A stretch of 64,000 bases of DNA from Verrucomicrobiota bacterium (GTDB taxonomy: Bacteria > Verrucomicrobiota > Verrucomicrobiia > Opitutales > UBA953). The notes beneath the pieces were generated by a model. The model was not told where the DNA came from. It saw only the letters and a program-made list of their open reading frames with translations, and ran no database searches. The position numbers were made by a program, and so were the translations under genes. This document shows, piece after piece, positions 8,860 through 17,151 of the stretch. The stretch covers positions 5,550-69,549 of the forward strand of contig JBJOMV010000002.1 in NCBI GenBank assembly GCA_046052185.1. Direction: 5' to 3'. Each line of letters opens with the position of its first letter. Position 1 is the stretch's first letter.

Positions 8860-9705
8860 ATGCCGTTCGACCCCAAGATTCCACGAGAATTCGCCAATAA
8901 AATGGGGCGGGAGGCCATGCAGGTCATCGAGCTCGGCCTCTACGCCACGCCGACCAGCCGCCAGGTGGACATCGCCGCGGATATCGCTTCCGCCGTCGCG
9001 CGCACCACGCACCTGCCGCCGGACCACCGGCACACCTTCCCGCGGACCGGTAAATGCGCCACGCTCGTCGAGGTGACCGAAGAGACGTCGCTGTCGGCCG
9101 CATTCCGCCATCACGAAGCCGGCCTGCGCACGATGGTGCTCAACTTCGCCTCGCCGACGGTGCCCGGCGGCGGCTTCCTCGCCGGCGAACGCGCGCAGGA
9201 GGAATACCACTGCCGCTCCTCCGCCCTCTTCGCCTGCCAGGTCGCCGGCCCGATGTATGCCTTCCACGCGCATCAGGCCAACGCGCTGCGTTCCGACGCG
9301 ATGATCTATTCGCCGGACGTCCCGGTCTTCCGCGGCGACGACCATCAGCTGCTCGAGGAACCCTACAAGGTGGCGTTCCTTTCCGCCGCCGCCTGCGATG
9401 CCCGTGACGTCGCCCCGCTCGACCAGCCGAAGATCGCCGGCGCGATGGGCGCCCGCATCGTCAAGGTGCTCGCCGCCGCGCAGGCCAACGGCCACGACGC
9501 CCTGGTGCTCGGCGCGTGGGGCTGCGGCAACTTCGCCAACGACCCCGCCCTGATCGCCGACCTCTTCCGCCAGGCCCTGCAAGGCCCCTTCAAGGGCGCG
9601 TTCCGCCGCGTGACCTTCGCGATCATCGACGCAACGAGCGACCAGCGCTGCCTGAACCAGTTCCGCCTGGCCCTTTCCTTCCAGACGCCCCCCGGCGCCA
9701 ACTAA
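8860..9705 (+). CDS. bacterial-type poly(ADP-ribose) glycohydrolase-like macrodomain protein (TIGR02452/DUF2263 family)
   Basis: Start chosen at MPFDPKIPREF (8860). It contains PGGGFLAGERAQEE, which fits the GGG-X6-8-QEE PARG signature, and the LNFAS...GAWGCGNF family blocks. Confidence 0.8.
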   Translation: MPFDPKIPREFANKMGREAMQVIELGLYATPTSRQVDIAADIASAVARTTHLPPDHRHTFPRTGKCATLVEVTEETSLSAAFRHHEAGLRTMVLNFASPTVPGGGFLAGERAQEEYHCRSSALFACQVAGPMYAFHAHQANALRSDAMIYSPDVPVFRGDDHQLLEEPYKVAFLSAAACDARDVAPLDQPKIAGAMGARIVKVLAAAQANGHDALVLGAWGCGNFANDPALIADLFRQALQGPFKGAFRRVTFAIIDATSDQRCLNQFRLALSFQTPPGAN

Positions 9706-9708
9706 GGC

Positions 9709-10980
9709 TCAGGCCTTCGCCTGCTTCACGAGCCGTCGCAGGATCACGGCCGCTTCGGTCTGACCGTGCGGGAAGAAGAAGATGGCGTCACCACCGGTGT
9801 CCTTGTCGATGACGATGGCGTTGGCGTAGGAGGTGACGTCCAGCACCTTGGTGAGCTTGAAGTTGAAGCTCTTAAGGCTGCCCGAGAAGATCACGCGCTT
9901 GGAAGTGAACACGAGCGTGCCGGTGTCGACCTTGACGACCTGATCCTCGGTCTCGCGCTCGACGCCATAGGAACCCGAGCGGTAACGGATCGGCCCCCAG
10001 ATCTTCACGCTGGTGCCGAAGCCGCCGTAGCTCCGGCGGACGGTGACGCGCTTGTTCTGGGCGAAGTCGACCTCCCGAGTCCAAAAACAACCCTCGGAGC
10101 CGACGTCGAGCCCGCACGGGACTTCACGCAAGGGCGCGCGGTAGAGCGACCAGACCTGACGGCCGGCGCGGAGACGATCCGTGAGCACGGGCATCATGCT
10201 CGGCAGGTCGACGCCGAGCTGCCGGGCTTCGTCGAACACGGCCTCCACGGCGCCGGGCTCCATGATCTCATCGCCGTCGTCCTGCTGGGCGATGGCGGCG
10301 GCGCGCTGATCGAAATAGCGCGAGAGCACGGGCTTCTGGATCTCGGCGATCTTTTCCGCCGGCAGGGGCACGAGGCGGGTAAGCAGAGCGATTTCCCTAC
10401 CCTTCTCCTCGAGAGTAATGTCCCTTAGCATGCAGGTCTGGAAGCCGATGTTGAAGTAGCTCGCGAACGCGTCGCCATGGAGCTCCAAGGTCTCCACCGA
10501 ATTCAATCCGAAGGTCCGGGCGAGGTTCGTGAGGTTGGCCTCCTCTTCCGGCGCGAAGTAACGGTCCGAGAGATACGCCTCGACGGCCTGACGATACCAG
10601 GCCTTGAGCTCCTTGCGGCAACGCTTGCGGACAACGTAGCCGACTTCGGCGTCGATCGCCGCGAGGGTCGCCTCGTCGACGAGGCATTCCCGCGGAGCGG
10701 AGGCGAGCTTATCCCAGAGACGGATGAGGCCCGCATGGGAGTCCTGTCGTCCGAGGATACCGTCGATGAAGCCGGCTTCTTTCTCAAGGGGACGCGGGAA
10801 CGGCAGCTGACGCACCGGTCCAGGCAGTTCCGCCAAAGTAGCCCAAGCCGCCATACCGGGCGTCCAGTAGTGGTCGGTCGGAAGCAGCTGACCATCCGCC
10901 AGACGGCGGCGGACTTCTTCGAGCAGATGAACGCCGATTTCCTTGCCGGCGCGGGCGATACGCAGGGACGGGTTGCTCAT
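9709..10980 (-). CDS. GYF_2 (DUF4339) domain protein with a PH-like C-terminal domain, function unknown
   Basis: 423 aa. The N-terminal segment GKEIGVHLLEEVRRRLADGQLLPTDHYWTPGMAAWATLAEL is GYF_2-like. The C-terminal segment GTLVFTSKRVIFSG...FKLTKVLDV resembles bacterial PH (YokE-like) domains. Confidence 0.7.
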   Translation of the reverse strand: MSNPSLRIARAGKEIGVHLLEEVRRRLADGQLLPTDHYWTPGMAAWATLAELPGPVRQLPFPRPLEKEAGFIDGILGRQDSHAGLIRLWDKLASAPRECLVDEATLAAIDAEVGYVVRKRCRKELKAWYRQAVEAYLSDRYFAPEEEANLTNLARTFGLNSVETLELHGDAFASYFNIGFQTCMLRDITLEEKGREIALLTRLVPLPAEKIAEIQKPVLSRYFDQRAAAIAQQDDGDEIMEPGAVEAVFDEARQLGVDLPSMMPVLTDRLRAGRQVWSLYRAPLREVPCGLDVGSEGCFWTREVDFAQNKRVTVRRSYGGFGTSVKIWGPIRYRSGSYGVERETEDQVVKVDTGTLVFTSKRVIFSGSLKSFNFKLTKVLDVTSYANAIVIDKDTGGDAIFFFPHGQTEAAVILRRLVKQAKA

Positions 10981-10983
10981 GAC

Positions 10984-11808
10984 TCAGCGATTAAGGACAG
11001 AGAGGACCGACTCGCCGACCTTGGCGCCGAGGAAATCGTAGCCGGCGCCGGTGAAGTGAACGTCGAGCGGAGGCTGAAACTCCTTCAGCCGGGGCGTCAT
11101 GGCGGCGAACAGGTCGTCCGTCGGGATGCCGTGCTTCTTCATGACCTCGGCCGCGAGGGCGTTCTTCTCGACGATCGACTGGGCGGTCTGCTTCTGCGCC
11201 GGGTTATCCGGGATCGGCGTGGTGCTGGCCCAGATGAGCTTGGCGCCGGTCTTCTCGAGACGGGCGACGATGGCCTCGAGACGCTTCACGTAGTCGGCCG
11301 CCGGGGTGCCGCGGTCATGGATGCCGAAGTTGAAATGGATGACGTCCCACTTCCCTTCGCCCAGCCAGACTTCGAGGTTCTTCAGGCCCGAAGCGGTGGG
11401 CCCGCAGTTGGCCGGGGCGCGATGGACATTGGCCTTGCCGGCGAGGGCGACGCGCGTCGGCTGGGTATAGCCACGCGAGACCGAGTCTCCGATGAGCAGC
11501 ACGCGAGGCAGCTTGGGGTCATCCTTCACGAAGTCCCAGGCGTTCGATTTCCCCGCGATCTTGTCGCGCTTGTGAAGCGGCAGGTAGAAATTACCGAGCT
11601 GTCCCTGAAGCACCCTCTCCCAGGCCTGCTCCTCGGGCGAGAGCTTCGCGACCAAAGCCGCATAACGTTCGTCGACGACCTTGTCTTGCGCGGCTTTCTT
11701 CGCCGCAGCCTGGGCGGCGGCTTCCTTGGCGTTGGTCGGTTCGCCCTTCGGCGGTTCGGCGGCGACGAGACCGACGGCCAGACAGGAAAGGAGCAGCAGA
11801 CGCTTCAT
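10984..11808 (-). CDS. secreted SGNH/GDSL hydrolase
   Basis: Start chosen at MKRLLLLSCLAVGLVAA (signal peptide). It has an LLIGDSVSRGY block I and an SGNH-like downstream pattern. Confidence 0.8.
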   Translation of the reverse strand: MKRLLLLSCLAVGLVAAEPPKGEPTNAKEAAAQAAAKKAAQDKVVDERYAALVAKLSPEEQAWERVLQGQLGNFYLPLHKRDKIAGKSNAWDFVKDDPKLPRVLLIGDSVSRGYTQPTRVALAGKANVHRAPANCGPTASGLKNLEVWLGEGKWDVIHFNFGIHDRGTPAADYVKRLEAIVARLEKTGAKLIWASTTPIPDNPAQKQTAQSIVEKNALAAEVMKKHGIPTDDLFAAMTPRLKEFQPPLDVHFTGAGYDFLGAKVGESVLSVLNR

Positions 11809-11844
11809 GGGGATGAGGCGATGCAACCACCCCATCGCCAGCCT

Positions 11845-12567
11845 TCAAGCCGTCACTGCGGCCAAGGCCTGCGCGAGGAGCCTCCGACGATGGGCCTCGG
11901 TGCGCTGCGCCGCCGCGGGCGAAGCCGCCTGCAGACGGGCCACGCCGTCGGCACCATTGGCCGCACGCACGAAATCGGCATCCTCCTCGGCCCATAGGCA
12001 CGCCGTCGGGCCGTCGATCTCCGGATGGAACTGCATGCCGAACGAACGGCCAAGACGGAACATCTGCACCGGACAGGCGGGCGTCGAAGCCAAGCGGATC
12101 GCCCCGACCGGCAGCTCGCAGGCATCACCATGCCAATGCAGGACTTCGATGCTCGCGGGCAGCCCACGGGTGGTGATGTCGGTGCCGACGAAATCCAGGC
12201 GACCCCAGCCGACCTCACGCACCCGTGCGCCCTTCGCATCGGTCATCGGTGCGACCTTAGCGCCAGCGGCATGAGCCATGAGCTGCATGCCGAGGCAGAC
12301 GCCGACATTCGGCCAGTCCTTGGCGATCCGGTGACGCAAGAGCTCAACCACGGGACCTAGCCAGGGAGTCTCCGGCTTACCGATGTCGGCGACACCCATC
12401 GGTCCGCCCATGACGACGAGAACATCGTCGCCGCCCAAATCAGACGGCAAGGCCACGCCGGTGAACGCCTCGATGACTTCGACCTGATAACCGGCGTCAC
12501 GCAAAAGATCTCCCAGCATCCCGGGCCCCTCGTGGGCGACGTTCGTGAGGCAGACGGCGCGTGGCAT
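11845..12567 (-). CDS. class I glutamine amidotransferase-like protein
   Basis: Start chosen at MPRAVCL. VGVCLGMQLM carries the nucleophile Cys motif and HWH lies near the C-terminus. GATase1/GMP synthase-like fold. Confidence 0.8.
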   Translation of the reverse strand: MPRAVCLTNVAHEGPGMLGDLLRDAGYQVEVIEAFTGVALPSDLGGDDVLVVMGGPMGVADIGKPETPWLGPVVELLRHRIAKDWPNVGVCLGMQLMAHAAGAKVAPMTDAKGARVREVGWGRLDFVGTDITTRGLPASIEVLHWHGDACELPVGAIRLASTPACPVQMFRLGRSFGMQFHPEIDGPTACLWAEEDADFVRAANGADGVARLQAASPAAAQRTEAHRRRLLAQALAAVTA

Positions 12568-12658
12568 CTTGACCACGAGTGTTCGGAGCCGACGAAAGGC
12601 TGGCAAGACCGCAGCCCAGAAAGGGTCCTTTCTGATTAATTTACGACAACATCGGCAC

Positions 12659-13513
12659 TTACTTCGCGACGCCGCTCAACGGGTGCTCGGTGACTGCCTT
12701 CCAGGCGATCTCCTGCAGCAGTCGGTTGAGCTTCTCGGCCTCCGGAAGCTTCGCGAGCTGGCTGTTCACCGGCAGGCCCACCGGCGAGCGGCGGTAGATG
12801 ACGGCGAAGTGACAATAGGCCGAAAGCACGCGGATCTGCGGGCCGGGATGGCCGAGCACGTCGGTGAAGAGTTCGTTCTGCGAACGGATGCCCGGCGCCT
12901 CGCCTTTGATGACCTTATCGCGCAGCGTGATCACGGCTTCGCCGCTCGGCACGATAGCGATCTTCGCAGCCGGGATGCGCGTGTTCAGTTCCTGTACGTG
13001 ATCTTCGATCATCTTGAAGTAGCCGTCGTGCATCGCTCGCAGCTGCGCAAGCGTCTTGCCGTCGCGGTCGACCTGCTTCGGACGCTCGCGGCTCAGCCAG
13101 ATGGCCGGATCCTCATACGGCACCCAGTTCTGCTGCAGCGTGAAACGGATCTTGGGATTATGCTCCAGCCCGAGCTTCACGAAGTTCTCGATGCCCGCAT
13201 CCGGCAGGAACGTCGGCGACATCGTGAAGAGATCGGCCTTACCCGACTCGAGGACCGGCTTGGCCTTGTTCTTCGTCGCGGGCAGGTCCCAGTGCTGGAT
13301 GACCTTCGAGCCGCCGATGGAGGAGATCGCCAGCTGCTCGTGGCCTTGGATGCCCGCGGCCTTGGCCATCTCGGCGACGAGCGGCGGCATCCAGACATGG
13401 AAGCTGTGGCCGGCGGTGAGCACCTTGAGTCCGGCCGGCGGAGCGACGGACTCGACCGCGCGGGCGGAGGAGACTGACAGGAGACACAGCAGGAGGAGCC
13501 AAACGGAGCGCAT
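12659..13513 (-). CDS. secreted hypothetical protein (possible esterase-like fold)
   Basis: Signal peptide MRSVWLLLLCLLSVSSARA followed by LTAGHSFHVW. No confident family assignment. Confidence 0.6.
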   Translation of the reverse strand: MRSVWLLLLCLLSVSSARAVESVAPPAGLKVLTAGHSFHVWMPPLVAEMAKAAGIQGHEQLAISSIGGSKVIQHWDLPATKNKAKPVLESGKADLFTMSPTFLPDAGIENFVKLGLEHNPKIRFTLQQNWVPYEDPAIWLSRERPKQVDRDGKTLAQLRAMHDGYFKMIEDHVQELNTRIPAAKIAIVPSGEAVITLRDKVIKGEAPGIRSQNELFTDVLGHPGPQIRVLSAYCHFAVIYRRSPVGLPVNSQLAKLPEAEKLNRLLQEIAWKAVTEHPLSGVAK

Positions 13514-13551
13514 GCCGGCATCCTTGCCCATCCCTCATGGCCGTCAACCAA

Positions 13552-13577
13552 GAGACCTCCGGAGTTCCGGAGGTCTC
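13552..13577 (-). terminator. perfect 11-bp stem hairpin between two minus-strand genes
   Basis: GAGACCTCCGG-AGTT-CCGGAGGTCTC lies directly downstream of the 13607 gene stop. The U-tract is weak. Confidence 0.5.
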
Positions 13578-13606
13578 GTGCTGGCCATGCGCCTTTAAGC
13601 GAAGGC

Positions 13607-15103
13607 TTACTTGCTGCTGCGGTAAGGACCGGCCGGCAGACCGTCGGCTCCGGCGGAATAGACGCTCACCTCAGGGAAGTTAGCCCAGGCATAGCGTACT
13701 TCCTTGGGGGCCTTGACGCCGGTGACGGTCACGATCGCGCCCTCGGCCTTGGCCTGGGCGAAGGCCCACTTGCCGTCGGCGCCGAGCAGGGCGAAGCCCT
13801 TGCCGTCATTCTTGAGGACCACCGGACGATCGTAAGTGAGCACGAAGGCGTCGCCCTGGCGTTCGGCCTTCTTCACGCGCGGAGCTTCGCCGACCTCACG
13901 GGTCTTGTAGACGCGCTGCAGGGCCACGTAGGCCAAGCGTTCGCCGACGGGAAGCTTGTCCTTAGGATGGATGTCCTTCTCCTCACCGAGGTCGATGTTC
14001 ACGGACATCATCGCGCCCGGGACGTTGTCCGCGATCCACTCCATGGATTCGCGGATGGCGGGCCAGCCTTCCTCGACAGCAAGCTCAGGCTTGCGCGCCA
14101 TGAAGCGCGGGAGCTGGACGATGATGAAGGGGAATTCCTGACCCCAGGCCTTGTGCCAGGACTTGATCATGGAACCGAGGACCCACTTGTAAGCTTCGGG
14201 CTGACCGGCGTTGGATTCGCCCTGATACCAGATCGTGCCACGCACGGAGTAACCGACGAGCGGAGCGACCATGCCGTTCCAATTCATGTGGGGTCCGTTG
14301 GACCAGACCGGCGTGAGCTTGCCCGCGTCCTGACGCAGCTTCGTGGCGACGGCCTTGTCCTTCTCGGACTTGAGGCGGGCCTGGATCTTCTCGAGATTAG
14401 CCGCGCGGGCCTTCATGCCCGCGGCTTCCTTTGCGTCGAAGTCCTTCGCCTCGGGAACGTCGGCATACATGCCCTTCGGCCCCCAAGCCTCGGCGCGCGT
14501 GCCGCCGATGGAAGTATGGATCACGCCGACCGGCTGCTTGATATTGGCGCGCAGTTCGCGGGCGAAGAAAAGTCCGGTCGCGGTGAGGCCCTCGACGGTG
14601 TCGGGAGCGGCGAGCTTCCAGGAACCCTGCACGTCGTCAGCGGGCTCGGCCTTGGGCGTGCGGGCGACGGTGAATACGCGCAGGCCGGCGTCGGCGGGGC
14701 GGGCCTTGGCGTCCGCGGCGGCGGAGGTGTTCTTGACGACCCAATCCATGTTCGACTGACCGGAACCGATCCAGACTTCGCCGACGATGACGTCATGGGC
14801 GGTGAAGACCTCTTCGCCCGAGCTCACGACGAGGTCCTTGCCCTGTTCGGCCGGCTTGAGGCCGGCGAGGGTCGCGCGCCACTTGCCGTCGGCGCCGGCG
14901 GTGGTGGTCGCTTCGACGGAGCCGAGTTTGACGCTGACCTTCGAGCCCGGATGGGCCTTGCCGAAGACGGCGGCGTCGCCGGCCTGGAGGACGGCGTGGT
15001 CGGAGAACAGGGAGATGAGCTTCAACTCTCCGGCCGAAACGAGCGCGGAGCAGCAAAGCACGAGGAGTGCGAGGCGGGGTAGCATGGGAATAGGACAACC
15101 CAA
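13607..15103 (-). CDS. sialate O-acetylesterase (SASA/DUF303 carbohydrate esterase)
   Basis: 498 aa with a signal peptide and the GEVWIGSGQSNMDW catalytic block typical of the family. The start may instead be the MLPRLALL Met at 15085. Confidence 0.85.
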   Translation of the reverse strand: MGCPIPMLPRLALLVLCCSALVSAGELKLISLFSDHAVLQAGDAAVFGKAHPGSKVSVKLGSVEATTTAGADGKWRATLAGLKPAEQGKDLVVSSGEEVFTAHDVIVGEVWIGSGQSNMDWVVKNTSAAADAKARPADAGLRVFTVARTPKAEPADDVQGSWKLAAPDTVEGLTATGLFFARELRANIKQPVGVIHTSIGGTRAEAWGPKGMYADVPEAKDFDAKEAAGMKARAANLEKIQARLKSEKDKAVATKLRQDAGKLTPVWSNGPHMNWNGMVAPLVGYSVRGTIWYQGESNAGQPEAYKWVLGSMIKSWHKAWGQEFPFIIVQLPRFMARKPELAVEEGWPAIRESMEWIADNVPGAMMSVNIDLGEEKDIHPKDKLPVGERLAYVALQRVYKTREVGEAPRVKKAERQGDAFVLTYDRPVVLKNDGKGFALLGADGKWAFAQAKAEGAIVTVTGVKAPKEVRYAWANFPEVSVYSAGADGLPAGPYRSSK

Positions 15104-15182
15104 AGCCCGTTAGGTTGCCAAGCCCTAAGGACGGCCCACGATAAACGAAACTCCTCCCCCGCCCCGCTGTTATATCGATACC

Positions 15183-15944
15183 ATGAAGCACCTGCCCCTG
15201 CTCCTCCTCGCCGCCAGCCTCGGCTTCGCCGCCGAAGAAGCCCCCCGCCCTCAGTTCCGCCCCGACGGACCCGGCCCGGAAGGTCGCCCCAACCCGCGCC
15301 TCCCGGTCCCGCTCAGCCCCGACGAACAGAAGCGTCTGCATGAGGCCATGGAGAAGGCCAAGCAGGACCCCGCGGTGAAGGAGGCCCACGAACAGGCGGC
15401 CAAGGCCCAGCAGGCCGCCATGGAGGCCCAGAAGAAGGCCCGCGAGGTCACCGACGAAGCCGCCCGCAAGGCCGACCCCGAAGTCGCCCCGATCCTGGAG
15501 AAGATCAAGAAGGCCATGGAGCGCCGACAGCCCGAACAGCCGGACCGCCAGCCGCAGGTGCAGCCTCGCGGCGAGCAGCCGCGCCGTCCCGAAGGCCAGC
15601 CCAACCAGCCCGGCCGCGACCGTGGTCCCAATCAGCCGAACGGAGACCGCCCTCGCGGCGACGTCCGTGAGCCTGGCCCCGACCGCCCCGGCGTGATCCC
15701 CGGACTCTCTCCTGACGAACAGCGCCGCGTCCGCGAAGCGATGGCCAAGGCCAACGAAAACCCGGCCGTGCGCGAAGCCCGCGAAGCCGCCGCTGCGGCC
15801 CAGCGCAAGGCGATCGAAATCGCCGAGGATGTCGCCCGCCAGGCCGACCCTTCGATCGCTCCGCTCTTCGAGAAGATGCGCAAGGCCGGCGAACCGCGCC
15901 GCCCGCAGGGCGAGAACCCGCGCAGCCGCAAGCAGCCCCAATAA
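15183..15944 (+). CDS. secreted low-complexity protein with an internal tandem duplication
   Basis: Signal peptide MKHLPLLLLAASLGFA. Two roughly 65-aa units start with LSPDEQ(K/R)R and are separated by a Pro/Gln/Arg-rich linker. The LSPDEQ motif is reminiscent of the LTxxQ motif of Spy/CpxP proteins (tentative). Confidence 0.7.
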   Translation: MKHLPLLLLAASLGFAAEEAPRPQFRPDGPGPEGRPNPRLPVPLSPDEQKRLHEAMEKAKQDPAVKEAHEQAAKAQQAAMEAQKKAREVTDEAARKADPEVAPILEKIKKAMERRQPEQPDRQPQVQPRGEQPRRPEGQPNQPGRDRGPNQPNGDRPRGDVREPGPDRPGVIPGLSPDEQRRVREAMAKANENPAVREAREAAAAAQRKAIEIAEDVARQADPSIAPLFEKMRKAGEPRRPQGENPRSRKQPQ

Positions 15945-15966
15945 GCACGGAAACATCCGTAACAAA

Positions 15967-15995
15967 GGCCGGCCGCGAGGTCGGCCTTTTTATTT
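15967..15995 (+). terminator. rho-independent terminator
   Basis: GGCCGGCC-GCGA-GGTCGGCC stem (one G.U pair) followed by TTTTTATTT, 22 nt after the stop codon. Confidence 0.8.
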
Positions 15996-16001
15996 CCCAT
16001 T
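15982..16001 (+). repeat. left copy of 20-bp perfect direct repeat CGGCCTTTTTATTTCCCATT
   Basis: Identical 20-mer at 18881..18900. The flanking bases differ on both sides. Confidence 0.95.
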
Positions 16002-16125
16002 TTACCAGAACCAACTTGGCGGTCAGGCGCCCGACCCGCCGCACTCCAGCCGGGCCCAGCTAGCGTGGCCAGATCAAACCTTGAGAGTCGTATTCAGCTG
16101 GATCAAAAAGCTGGACTATCCCAAG

Positions 16126-16821
16126 TCATCGACGCCGCTTGAGAATCCACCACAGCAGGCCAAGTGACGCCAGAAAAAGCACAATGATGATGTTCCATGG
16201 CGTTATTGCGGTAGGAGCTTCGGTCGCGGTATCCTTGGCTATGATAGTTGTCGCTGAAGTAACAGTGGCTTTCGTTGACTTTGTAGGCTGCACCTCGGGC
16301 TGCGGCTTCGGTGTGGGCGTTTCTTGCGACAAGGCTTTAGGCTGTAATGCGCCCGGTTCGGCAGGCTTACTCAAGCTGAACTCTGACTCGATGGGGTATT
16401 TATGCACCAGCTCGTCAAATCGAACCTTGTCCCAAATTGGCATGCATGTTTGCTGCGCCTTTAAGAAGAATGGCTTAGCTTCGAATTCATTGATATATTG
16501 GCACGTTACGGAAGTCGCCGTTTCAGGAACTATGGCAACGGCAACATCGCCTGCAGAATTATTTTCCTTAATTTTAGGAACCAAGAAAGCATATACATCA
16601 CTAAAAGCGAAGGTTCCGGCAGGACATCTAGCGCCATCCTCCATCAGTGAACCGAACTGGAGATGAGCCGAGCCATCCGGTCTTATCCTTAAAATCCATC
16701 CACTATCTGCCGTCAAAAGATCTATTTGACGGGTTTGATTCAGGGAAGGTATGGGCTCTGCAGCCATTACAGTTCCCATGTATGCATGTATTAAAACGAT
16801 TACTTTGAATAAAGTTTTCAT
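16126..16821 (-). CDS. secreted hypothetical protein with Pro/Thr-rich linker and C-terminal TM plus KRRR tail
   Basis: 231 aa. It has a signal-like N-terminus (MKTLFKVIVLIHAYMGTVMA), a roughly 130-aa globular part, a PTPKPQPEVQPTKSTK linker, and ends in TPWNIIIVLFLASLGLLWWILKRRR. Confidence 0.7.
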   Translation of the reverse strand: MKTLFKVIVLIHAYMGTVMAAEPIPSLNQTRQIDLLTADSGWILRIRPDGSAHLQFGSLMEDGARCPAGTFAFSDVYAFLVPKIKENNSAGDVAVAIVPETATSVTCQYINEFEAKPFFLKAQQTCMPIWDKVRFDELVHKYPIESEFSLSKPAEPGALQPKALSQETPTPKPQPEVQPTKSTKATVTSATTIIAKDTATEAPTAITPWNIIIVLFLASLGLLWWILKRRR

Positions 16822-16850
16822 AGTGATGAGATGAAACCGTTTTTGGCCCA

Positions 16851-17063
16851 GCGAGGCTCATTCAAGGGGGTGGCTGAGTGTTATGATTAACCTGCTACAA
16901 GAGTCAACAGGTGAGCCTGCTGTTCGACAGGCTTCCGTGATTAACATTGAGCTCGAGCACGGGGTTAGGCCGCCCCCTTCTTGGGAGTGTGACGTAAATC
17001 GCCTGTTATTATCGAATTTAGTCGCTGGCTGAACGAGCAGCGGCCTGACCCCGTTGGCTGAGT
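16851..17063. repeat. 213-bp repeat module, copy A (5' of gene 16126..16821)
   Basis: Gap-free alignment with 18541..18753 shows 23 mismatches in 213 by my hand count. The gene-proximal 75 nt or so carry only 1 mismatch. Confidence 0.9.
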
Positions 17064-17151
17064 CTCCTCGGGTTTTGTCCTTGGGTTTCAGGTGCCTGCG
17101 GAACTCCAGTCATGAACTGTCAAACTTTAGGGAGTCAGGCCAGGGTCACCT

